A DNA stretch of 47,578 bases from Terriglobales bacterium (GTDB lineage: Bacteria > Acidobacteriota > Terriglobia > Terriglobales > Acidobacteriaceae), in NCBI GenBank assembly GCA_035500455.1, contig DATJXG010000089.1, positions 1 through 47,578 of the forward strand, read 5' to 3'. The notes beneath the pieces were generated by a model, which worked only from the letters and a program-made list of their open reading frames with translations, searched no databases and was not told where the DNA came from. This document shows, in pieces, positions 18,768-26,341 of this stretch; position 1 is the first letter of the stretch, and each line of letters opens with the position of its first letter. The position numbers were made by a program, and so were the translations under genes.

Positions 18768-20196
18768 AGCGGCAGTCATTCCGACGCGCAGTGCGGGCGG
18801 CACCTCGCCCGGCCCCGCCGGAACTGTGCTCATCATCGATGATGAAGCCGGCATCCGCGAGTCGCTGCAAACCCTGCTCGAACTGGAAGGCTACGAAGTC
18901 GAGACCGCGCCCACCGGCGAGGAAGGCCTGGCCCGCGCCGGCGAGCGGCCTTTTGACCTTGTGCTGTTGGATGTGGCGTTGCCCGACCGCAATGGCATCG
19001 ACTTGCTCTCCGAACTGCGCAGCCATCAGCCGCCGCTGCCGGTGATCATCATTACCGCCTACGGCACGGTGGAGAACGCGGTACGCGCCATGCAGGCGGG
19101 AGCGGCCAATTTCGTCCAGAAGCCCTGGGACAACGACAAACTGCTGGCCGACGTGCGCGCCGCCGTGGGCCGCCACCGGGCGGAAGAAGAGAACGTCCAG
19201 CTCAAACGCGCCCTGAAACAGCGTTATAACTTTGAGCATATCGTCGGCAAGAGCGAGGCGATGCTCAAAATCTTCGACCTGGTCGGACAGGTGGCCCCCA
19301 GCCGCTCCACCATATTGCTGCAAGGCGAGAGCGGAACCGGCAAAGAGCTGATCGCCAAGGCCATCCATCTCAATTCGCCCCGTCGCGACCGCCCCTTCGT
19401 CCCCGTCAACACCGGCTCCATGCCGCCCGACCTGCTGGAATCGAATCTCTTCGGGCACGTAAAGGGCGCCTTCACCAGCGCCATTGCCTCCAAGAAAGGC
19501 CTGTTTGAGGTCGCCGACCGAGGCACCTTGTTTCTCGACGAGATCGGCACCATGACCATGGACACCCAGAGCAAAATTCTGCGCGTCCTGCAGGACCGCC
19601 GCTTCATGCATCTGGGCGGCGTGCACGAGGTCCAGGTCGATGTTCGCATCATCGCCGCCACCAACGTGGACTTGCGGCAGCTGGTGAAAGACGGCAAGTT
19701 CCGCGAGGACCTCTACTACCGCCTCAACGTCATCAGCATCGATCTCCCGCCGTTGCGGCAGCGCAAGGAGGACATTCCACTCCTGGCAGAGCATTTCCTT
19801 CGCAAGTACGCTGATGAAAACGGCCGCCCAGCCCAGCACATCGCGCCCGAAGCACTGCGCCCGCTGCTCGCCTACTCCTGGCCGGGCAACGTCCGCGAAC
19901 TGGAAAACGTGATGGAGCGCGCGGTGGTGCTTTCTTCCGGCACCGAGATCGGAATTGACCTCATCGTGGACCACGTCGCCGGACGCGGCTCCTCCATCCC
20001 CAACCTCGAGCATCGCAGCGACGCTTCCCTGTTCGACATCATGGAAGACTGCGAGCGCCACATCATCGTGGACATGTTGGAGAAATGTAACTGGAACCAG
20101 ACCGATGCCGCTGAGCGCTTCCACGTGCCGCTTTCCACTCTCAATCAGAAAATCAAGCGCCTGAACATCGAAATCCGCAAGAAGAACCGCGAGTAG
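18760..20196 (+). CDS. sigma54-dependent response regulator (NtrC family: REC, AAA+, Fis-type HTH)
   Basis: REC domain LIIDDE...DLVLLDVALPD. Walker A GESGTGKE, the GAFTSA loop (a GAFTGA variant), DEIG Walker B, and a C-terminal HTH. The ATG overlaps the kinase stop by 8 nt. Confidence 0.93.
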   Translation: MSEAAVIPTRSAGGTSPGPAGTVLIIDDEAGIRESLQTLLELEGYEVETAPTGEEGLARAGERPFDLVLLDVALPDRNGIDLLSELRSHQPPLPVIIITAYGTVENAVRAMQAGAANFVQKPWDNDKLLADVRAAVGRHRAEEENVQLKRALKQRYNFEHIVGKSEAMLKIFDLVGQVAPSRSTILLQGESGTGKELIAKAIHLNSPRRDRPFVPVNTGSMPPDLLESNLFGHVKGAFTSAIASKKGLFEVADRGTLFLDEIGTMTMDTQSKILRVLQDRRFMHLGGVHEVQVDVRIIAATNVDLRQLVKDGKFREDLYYRLNVISIDLPPLRQRKEDIPLLAEHFLRKYADENGRPAQHIAPEALRPLLAYSWPGNVRELENVMERAVVLSSGTEIGIDLIVDHVAGRGSSIPNLEHRSDASLFDIMEDCERHIIVDMLEKCNWNQTDAAERFHVPLSTLNQKIKRLNIEIRKKNRE

Positions 20197-20225
20197 CTCG
20201 CCCTTCCCCGCTGACTTCTGCAAGT

Positions 20226-20838
20226 TTCATCATTCCTGGCCTGATCTGCTACGCGCTGGCCCGCAGCGGAAAAATTCCCGCGCTTGCGCCCATGATCGCC
20301 CGGACGGCAAGTCGATCCCCGCGATCGCCAACGGCGCCTTCCCCATGCTGGTGGAATACCTGCTGCCTCCCGGATTGCGGGGGATCGTGGTGGCCGGACT
20401 GCTCTCCGCGCTGATGGGCTGGCCGGCGTGTTCAACGCCTGCTCCACACTTTTCACCGTTGATCTGTACGAGAAGTGGCGGCCCGGCGCCTCGCAGCACC
20501 AGGTCGTCCGCACCGGGCGCATGGCTATCGTTCGTCATGGTGCTGATCACGTTGGCATGGATTCCTGTGATCAAGAACGCGTCCGGACTCTACGTCTATC
20601 TACAGGCGGTGCAGGGATATCTTGCGCCCTGATCACTCTCGTTTCCGTTGCGGTGATGGTGGGGGTGAGCTACGCAACGTCGGAACCTGACTACGCCGGA
20701 ATTCGTAATCTGACCTTCGAAACGACCACCGAGGAGGACCGCCTCCGCACTCGCCAAAGCTGGACGTGGAAGGAAATCGCGGGCTCCGGCGTAGTTCTGG
20801 TGTGCATCATGGGAGCGTACCTCTACTTCAGGGGCTGA
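20226..20838 (+). pseudogene. decayed C-terminal relic of a Na+/solute symporter (SSS/SGLT family)
   Basis: SSS-like segments sit in alternating frames: FIIPGLICYALA (frame 0), DGKSIPAIANGAFPMLVEYLLPPGLRGIVVAGLLSALM (frame 2), AGVFNACSTLFTVDLYEKWRP (frame 1), VLITLAWIPVIKNASGLYVYLQAVQGYLAP (frame 2), LITLVSVAVMVGVSYAT...LYFRG (frame 1). The N-terminal half of a normal ~500 aa symporter is absent. Confidence 0.75.
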
Positions 20839-20853
20839 ATTCAATTCCTTCAG

Positions 20854-20883
20854 CGTAGAAATGTAGCAAGCTACGTCTCTACG
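20854..20883. repeat. imperfect palindrome / hairpin downstream of the symporter relic
   Basis: cgtagaaatgtagcaagctacgtctctacg folds into a roughly 13-bp stem. It may be the former terminator of the transporter gene. Confidence 0.35.
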
Positions 20884-20934
20884 GTGGGTTGGCGTGCTTC
20901 TCTGCTATAGTTTTCGTCAGGCAGAGGCAAAACC

Positions 20935-21741
20935 ATGGCAGCTGGAGATTTGCTCGAAGGCGTGGAACTGATCTCCCCCGCCGAATGGGCGAAAGGGAAA
21001 GTGAAGTCTGTCCAGGACTACTCCCTCCTCTGCGTGCAGGCTCTTGCCAACATCTTCCGCCGCCCTTTCTACATGGCAGACACCATGTACCAGGCTGACC
21101 TGATCGGCTTCGGTTCCCTGCCCATTGTTCTCGCCGCTTGCTTTTTCACCGGCGCCGCGCTGGCCCTGAACAGCGCCACCACGCTGGGCCGTTTCGGCGC
21201 GCTCACCGTGATCGGCCAGCTGGTTTCCATTGGGATTGTGCGTGAGTTAGGGCCGGTGCTGGCGGGCCTGGTAGTGGCCGGCCGCAACGCTTCTGGCATG
21301 GCCAGCGAACTTGGCTCCATGATCGTGACCGAGCAGATCGACGCCATGCGCGCTCTGGGTACAGACCCCACTAAGAAGCTGGTAACCCCGCGCGTGATCT
21401 CCACTGTTCTCATGCTGTTTTTCCTGACCATTCTCGGAGATTTCCTCGGGCTGATTGGAGGCAGCTTCGTGGCCAGCGTGATCCTTGGCCTGGATGCCCG
21501 TGAGTACTGGAGCAACGCCTGGCAGACCCTGGTTTTTTCCGACGTGTTCATGGGGCTGGCCAAGCCCCTGGTGTTCGGCTTCATCATCGCCACCATCGGC
21601 TGTTACTACGGCCTTTCTACCAAGGGCGGCACGCAGGGAGTCGGGCGCTCCACCACTGAGGCAGTGGTAGCTGCCATGATCCTGATTATCGCCGTGGATG
21701 TATTCGTGACCCGCTTCCTGATGGTGGTGCTCGGTTCTTAG
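20935..21741 (+). CDS. mlaE: MlaE-family ABC transporter permease
   Basis: 268 aa. GQLVSIGIVRELGPVLAGLVVAGRNASGMASELGSMIVTEQIDAMRALG is the conserved MlaE/TTG2B core. Confidence 0.88.
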   Translation: MAAGDLLEGVELISPAEWAKGKVKSVQDYSLLCVQALANIFRRPFYMADTMYQADLIGFGSLPIVLAACFFTGAALALNSATTLGRFGALTVIGQLVSIGIVRELGPVLAGLVVAGRNASGMASELGSMIVTEQIDAMRALGTDPTKKLVTPRVISTVLMLFFLTILGDFLGLIGGSFVASVILGLDAREYWSNAWQTLVFSDVFMGLAKPLVFGFIIATIGCYYGLSTKGGTQGVGRSTTEAVVAAMILIIAVDVFVTRFLMVVLGS

Positions 21742-21758
21742 TTGTTGTTATCGAAAAC

Positions 21759-22604
21759 ATGCCTCCCACTTTGCCACTGGAAGATAAGCCTCCCGCCAGC
21801 CCGGTTCCTGCGGGCGATGCGGTTGTGTTCCGGAACGTGGTCCTCGGGTTTGAAGACAAGCCCCTGCTCGACGGCGTTTCCTTCCGCCTGGAGCGTGGGG
21901 AAACCAAGGCGATTTTTGGAGTGGCAGGCACCGGCAAGAGCACCATGCTGAAGCTGGTGCTCGGCCTCATCAAGCCGGACACCGGCGAAATCTACGCTCT
22001 GGGCGACAACGTAACCCGCATGAGCGAAGAGGAATTGTTCGGTCTGCGGCGGAAAATCGGCATGGTGTTCCAGGAGAGCGCGCTCTTCGATTCACTGACG
22101 GTGCGGGAGAACGTGGCCTTTCGCCTGATGGAAGAGGGCGACGTCTCGGAGGAGGAGATCGACCGCCGGGTGCGGGAATCACTGCGGTTCGTGGAACTGG
22201 AGCACACTGTCGATATGTTTCCCGCGGAACTCTCCGGCGGCATGCGGCGCCGCGTGGCCATTGCGCGCGCCATTATCACCCAGCCCGAAGTCCTGCTCTA
22301 CGACTCGCCCACCGGCGGGCTGGACCCGGTAACCTCCACTACCATCGTAGAACTGATCGTGAAGCAACGCGATGTCTATAAGACCAGTTCCCTGCTGGTC
22401 ACGCACCGGCTGCAGGACGCCTTTACCATGGCAACTCACTACTTTGACAAGAACAGCAATAAAATGCGTCCGCTCCCGCCACAATCGCGGGCGCAGGTTC
22501 CCTTTACCTTTTTGATCCTGCGCGAAGGGAAAGTGATTTTCGATGGCGATGCGCACGAACTCAAGCGTTCCACCGATCCCTACATCAAGGAATATATCTC
22601 TTAG
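21759..22604 (+). CDS. mlaF: MlaF-like ABC transporter ATP-binding protein
   Basis: Walker A GVAGTGKST, signature LSGGMRRRVAIARA and Walker B LLYDSPTGGLD. It lies directly downstream of mlaE. Confidence 0.88.
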   Translation: MPPTLPLEDKPPASPVPAGDAVVFRNVVLGFEDKPLLDGVSFRLERGETKAIFGVAGTGKSTMLKLVLGLIKPDTGEIYALGDNVTRMSEEELFGLRRKIGMVFQESALFDSLTVRENVAFRLMEEGDVSEEEIDRRVRESLRFVELEHTVDMFPAELSGGMRRRVAIARAIITQPEVLLYDSPTGGLDPVTSTTIVELIVKQRDVYKTSSLLVTHRLQDAFTMATHYFDKNSNKMRPLPPQSRAQVPFTFLILREGKVIFDGDAHELKRSTDPYIKEYIS

Positions 22605-22630
22605 CTAATCCCCAGCGGTTGGTTGCTGGT

Positions 22631-22701
22631 GAAGAGCGGAATCTCGTTCGGACACCCAATGCCCAAGAGACCGAGATTCCTCGCTTCGCTCGGAATGACA
22701 C
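22631..22701. repeat. Family-A element (copy A3), left arm degenerate
   Basis: The right arm accgagattcctcgcttcgctcggaatgacac is canonical. The left arm gaagagcggaatctcgttcggac is eroded. Confidence 0.65.
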
Positions 22702-22742
22702 GGGGCATATTCGGTATTCGGAATGGCAAGGGAAATATAAGG

Positions 22743-23192
22743 CTACCGCTCGACCTCGGGAACGGCCTTGCGGCGGGTTTCCTGAAGTTTGACCATGCGC
22801 TGCAGGCGCTCGCGGCCGTGCTTCGTCCGGGTGGCCAACTTCTCCGCGTGAATGAAGCTTTCCGGGGAATTGGCCTTTTGCCGGTATTCCTTCAGATAGG
22901 GATGGATCTTGGCCAGGGTGAACCAGAGTTCGCCGCCACAGTCGAAGAAGAGTTCTTCGTTCAGCGCGCCACGCAACACCAGGGAAGCCGCCATTTCCCA
23001 GTAGCCTCCCACCTGGCGCATCCAGGCGTTCTCCTGCCCGGGCGTGCTGACCCCTTTGATGATGTCATCGGCGCTCTGCGGCCAGAACGACGATGCCCAC
23101 CAGGCGCGCGCCTTGCGCATCTCCGGCTCGCGCCGCAGGTCGTACAACTGCATGATCAATTGAGCGTCAGCGGAAGTGGGCTTCTTGGCCAT
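22743..23192 (-). CDS. conserved hypothetical protein (soluble, helical)
   Basis: 149-aa ORF with clean coding appearance (MAKKPTSADAQLIMQLYDLRREPEMRKARAWW...YWEMAASLVLRGALNEELFFD). I could not assign a domain with confidence. It is bracketed about 40 nt away on each side by family-A elements. Confidence 0.55.
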   Translation of the reverse strand: MAKKPTSADAQLIMQLYDLRREPEMRKARAWWASSFWPQSADDIIKGVSTPGQENAWMRQVGGYWEMAASLVLRGALNEELFFDCGGELWFTLAKIHPYLKEYRQKANSPESFIHAEKLATRTKHGRERLQRMVKLQETRRKAVPEVER

Positions 23193-23230
23193 AGATAAGT
23201 CCTCTTTAGTGGTGTTGGAATTCCCATAAC

Positions 23231-23316
23231 CTTGTCATTCCGAGCGAAGCGAGGAATCTCGATCTCATCGGCGTTCGTTCCGAACGAGATTCCTCGCTTC
23301 GCTCGGAATAACAAAG
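23231..23316. repeat. Family-A palindromic element (copy A4, best preserved)
   Basis: cttgtcattccgagcgaagcgaggaatctcg (23231-23261) and its near-perfect reverse complement cgagattcctcgcttcgctcggaataacaaag (23285-23316), with a 23-nt spacer. Confidence 0.9.
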
Positions 23317-23332
23317 GGAGACCAACGGGCGT

Positions 23333-25819
23333 TCATGCCGATCCCGCAGGCGCAGCCTGGCTTGCCTCCGGCGCAGCGCGTTCGTAATCGCACTCCTTGT
23401 TCGGACACGCGATCACCGGGCCGGCTTTCAAATTCTTCTCCACCAAGTATTCGCTGCCGCAACTGGGGCACTTCTCAGCAATCGGTTTGTGCGCCGAGGT
23501 GAACTTGCATTTCGGATAGTTGCCGCAGCCGTAGAATGTATTGCCCTTGCGCGCCCGCTTCTCCACCAGATCGCCGTCTTTGCACAGCGGGCACTTCACC
23601 CCGATGTAATTCTGCTTCACGTATTTGCAATCAGGATATCCGCTGCAGGTCGTGAACTCGCCGTAGCGTCCGTGGCGGATCATCAGGTTGCGATCGCACT
23701 TCGGGCATTTCTCATCCAGGGGAATGTCGGGAACGCGCTTGCCCTGGTCGAGTCGGCGCGTGGTTTTGCAATCTGGATATCCGGTACACGCCATGAATTG
23801 CCCGAAGCGCCCCCGCTTCAGCACCATTACCCGGCCGCAGTTCTCGCAATATTCTTCCTGCGTGGTCTCCTGAATGTCGGCCGAATCCAGGTCCGGCAGA
23901 TTGATCGGGTTCTCCTTGGTGAAGGTGCAGCTGTTGGGATCTTCCTTGTCGTAAGAGCTGCAGGCATAGAATGACCCGTGCTTGCCCCATTTGATTACCA
24001 GCGGCGAGCCGCACCGTTCGCACTTTTCGTCGGTGGGCTTTTCCATCCGCTTGATGTTCTCCATGTGCTTGGAGGCATATTTCAGGTCTTTCTCGAATTT
24101 CTTGTAGAACTCGGCCAGCGCGCCGGTCCAGGTTTCCTTGCCCTCCTCGATCTCGTCGAGTTCTTCTTCCAGCCGCGCCGTGTACTGCACGTCGAAGATG
24201 TCGGGGAAGTTTTCCACCAGCAGATCGGTCACCACCAGCCCGATTTCCGTAGGCACAAATTTGCCGCCAATTTTTTGTGCGTACATACGCTCCTGAATGG
24301 TGGTCAGGATTGCAGCATAAGTGGAGGGCCGCCCGATTCCGCGCTCTTCCAGTTCTTTCACCAATGAGGCTTCGTTGTAGCGCGGCGGAGGCTCGGTGAA
24401 ATGCTGCTCCGGCTTCAGTTCGCGCAGCGTGAGTTTCTGGCCGGCTTCGAGCGCGGGCAGTTTGTGCTTGAGTTCTTCGTCTTCTTCGTCCTTGCCTTCC
24501 TTGGATTCCTCATACACTTTGAGGAAACCGTCAAACTTCATGACCGAACCGGTGACGCGGAACCAGAAAACATCCGCGCCCGACTTTGCGTCGATATCCA
24601 CGGTCGTCTGGTCGAACACCGCAGGCATGATCTGCGAGGCCACGAAACGCTGCCAGATCAGCTTGTAAACCTTGTACTCATCTTCCTTCAGATACTGCTT
24701 GATCTGGTCGGGATGGCGCAAAGCCGAACTCGGCCGGATGGCTTCGTGCGCCGCCTGCGCCTCTTTCTTCTCCTTATATGTATTGGGTTGTTCAGGAACA
24801 TACGCGGCGCCGTATTCGCTCGAAATGTAACCGCGCACCTCGGCGATAGCATCGGCGGAGACGCGAGTCGAATCGGTACGCATGTAAGTGATGAGGCCGA
24901 CCGAGCCTTCCTCGCCCAGTTCCACGCCTTCGTAAAGCCGCTGCGCGATCATCATGGTGCGCTTCACGCTAAAGCGCAGTTTGCGCGAGGAATCCTGTTG
25001 CAGCTTGCTGGTGGTAAACGGCGGGGCCGCATTGCGGCGCCGTTCTTTCTTCTCGACCGAACGCACCAGCCAGTCAGCCTTTTCCAGGGCGGCGCGGATT
25101 TTTTCCGCATCCTCGCTGTTGGTGACTTCGATCTTCTCTTCGCCCTTGCCCAGAAAACGGGCATCGAAGGAAGGGGGTTTCGACGCCGCCAGGTGCGCAT
25201 CGATGGTCCAGTATTCCTTCTTCTCGAAGGCTTTGATTTCGCGCTCGCGCTCGACAATCAACCGCAGCGCGACAGTCTGCACGCGTCCGGCGGAAAGGCC
25301 GCGGCGGACTTTGTCCCACAGCAACGGCGAAACCTGGTAGCCCACCAGCCGGTCGAGTACGCGCCGCGCCTGCTGTGCGTCCACCAGATTGCGGTCGATC
25401 GCGCGCGGGTGCTCGAACGCTTCCTGCACGGCGCGTTTCGTGATCTCGTTGAAGGTAACGCGCTGAATGCGCTCCGGTTCTCCGTCTTTCTCTTTCTTCT
25501 TCTTCTTTTTCTTGCTGCCGTCGCCCAGTTCCTCGGCCAGGTGCCAGGCAATGGCCTCGCCTTCGCGGTCCGGATCAGGCGCCAGGAAGATGGAATCCGC
25601 TGACAGGGCCAGCTTCTTCAGCTTGGCCAGAACTTTCTCTTTGCCGGGAATGACGATGTATTCGGTTTGGAAGTCGTTGTCGGTATCGACACCCAGGGTA
25701 CTTTTGGGCAGATCTTTGACGTGGCCGAATGAAGCTTCGACGGTGTAGCCCTTGCCCAGATATTTCTGGATGGCTTTCGCCTTCCCGGGCGATTCGATGA
25801 TGACTAAGCCTTTGCTCAA
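23333..25819 (-). CDS. topA: DNA topoisomerase I (type IA) with multiple C-terminal zinc ribbons
   Basis: N-terminal LVIIESPGKAK Toprim, active-site region YMRTDS, and five CxxC...C-type ribbons at the C-terminus. TTG start at 25819 after gagga. A 7-Lys run (GSKKKKKKKEK) is inserted in the Toprim region. Confidence 0.97.
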   Translation of the reverse strand: MSKGLVIIESPGKAKAIQKYLGKGYTVEASFGHVKDLPKSTLGVDTDNDFQTEYIVIPGKEKVLAKLKKLALSADSIFLAPDPDREGEAIAWHLAEELGDGSKKKKKKKEKDGEPERIQRVTFNEITKRAVQEAFEHPRAIDRNLVDAQQARRVLDRLVGYQVSPLLWDKVRRGLSAGRVQTVALRLIVEREREIKAFEKKEYWTIDAHLAASKPPSFDARFLGKGEEKIEVTNSEDAEKIRAALEKADWLVRSVEKKERRRNAAPPFTTSKLQQDSSRKLRFSVKRTMMIAQRLYEGVELGEEGSVGLITYMRTDSTRVSADAIAEVRGYISSEYGAAYVPEQPNTYKEKKEAQAAHEAIRPSSALRHPDQIKQYLKEDEYKVYKLIWQRFVASQIMPAVFDQTTVDIDAKSGADVFWFRVTGSVMKFDGFLKVYEESKEGKDEEDEELKHKLPALEAGQKLTLRELKPEQHFTEPPPRYNEASLVKELEERGIGRPSTYAAILTTIQERMYAQKIGGKFVPTEIGLVVTDLLVENFPDIFDVQYTARLEEELDEIEEGKETWTGALAEFYKKFEKDLKYASKHMENIKRMEKPTDEKCERCGSPLVIKWGKHGSFYACSSYDKEDPNSCTFTKENPINLPDLDSADIQETTQEEYCENCGRVMVLKRGRFGQFMACTGYPDCKTTRRLDQGKRVPDIPLDEKCPKCDRNLMIRHGRYGEFTTCSGYPDCKYVKQNYIGVKCPLCKDGDLVEKRARKGNTFYGCGNYPKCKFTSAHKPIAEKCPSCGSEYLVEKNLKAGPVIACPNKECDYERAAPEASQAAPAGSA

Positions 25820-25883
25820 TTTTTCCTCAAATCGATGTTTCGTTGTCCGAAGCTAGCACGAACAGCGGGAAATCGCAAAAACA

Positions 25884-25913
25884 GCTCTTAGCTCTTAGCC
25901 ATTGGCTCTTAGC
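25884..25913. repeat. three copies of 9-mer GCTCTTAGC (left boundary of four-helix-bundle cassette)
   Basis: gctcttagc occurs at 25884-25892, 25891-25899 and 25905-25913. It is inverted relative to the 9-mers at 26312-26341. Confidence 0.75.
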
Positions 25914-26236
25914 TCAAGCACCCCTGGTTTGGGAGTTCCTCGCAGTCTTCCGCTGACTGCCGAAAGCATTCTCATTACTTCGTGCAGCGCAGCGCTGAGC
26001 GCCACATATTCCGTGCTGCTCAAGAATCCGAGATCGCGTGACAAGAGCAGATGGTAAGAAAGCTCCGCGCCCGAGCCCATCGCAATCTGCACGAAGCGGG
26101 CCATCTCTCCATCCGACCTTCGTCCACAGCCCTCCGCTAAATTCGCAGGAATGGACGAACAAGATCTCCGGGTCTGGCTCGTCAAAACAAATCTCTCATC
26201 GTTCGGAAACGCTTTCGTACTCTTATAAACCGCCAA
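25895..26236 (-). CDS. four-helix-bundle protein (TIGR02436 / 23S rRNA intervening-sequence protein family), 5' end irregular
   Basis: ERFVLTSQTRRSCSSIPANLAEGCGRRSDGEMARFVQIAMGSGAELSYHLLLSRDLG matches the family core. Family-like residues (KDLQVWEKAHRLTL) continue in frame upstream of the listed TTG start, but no canonical start codon lies in that frame. Confidence 0.75.
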   Translation of the reverse strand: MAVYKSTKAFPNDERFVLTSQTRRSCSSIPANLAEGCGRRSDGEMARFVQIAMGSGAELSYHLLLSRDLGFLSSTEYVALSAALHEVMRMLSAVSGRLRGTPKPGVLELRANG

Positions 26237-26311
26237 GGTAAGGCGGTGCGCCTTCTCCCAAACTTGGAGGTCTTTATTAATTGCGCATGACTCCTCCGAT
26301 CCCGATTTTGA

Positions 26312-26341
26312 GCTAAACGCTAACAGCTAAGAGCTAAAAGC
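26312..26341. repeat. three inverted 9-mers (GCTAAACGC, GCTAAGAGC, GCTAAAAGC), right boundary of cassette
   Basis: gctaagagc (26326-26334) is the exact reverse complement of gctcttagc. Degenerate copies flank it. The repeat overlaps the dprA stop codon. Confidence 0.7.

Noticed and set aside
18757-20223. 488-aa ORF on the - strand
   Set aside because: It is exactly antisense to the sigma54 regulator, which has Walker A/B, the GAFT loop and an HTH. It is a shadow ORF.
20889-20906. Possible sigma54 promoter ttGGcgtgcttctctGCt upstream of mlaE
   Set aside because: The GG-to-GC spacing is one base longer than the TGGCAC-N5-TTGC consensus, and the flanking bases match poorly. A TGGCAC at about 29650 has the same spacing fault and is inside a CDS.
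24401-25603. 400-aa ORF on the + strand
   Set aside because: It is antisense to topA and is a shadow ORF.
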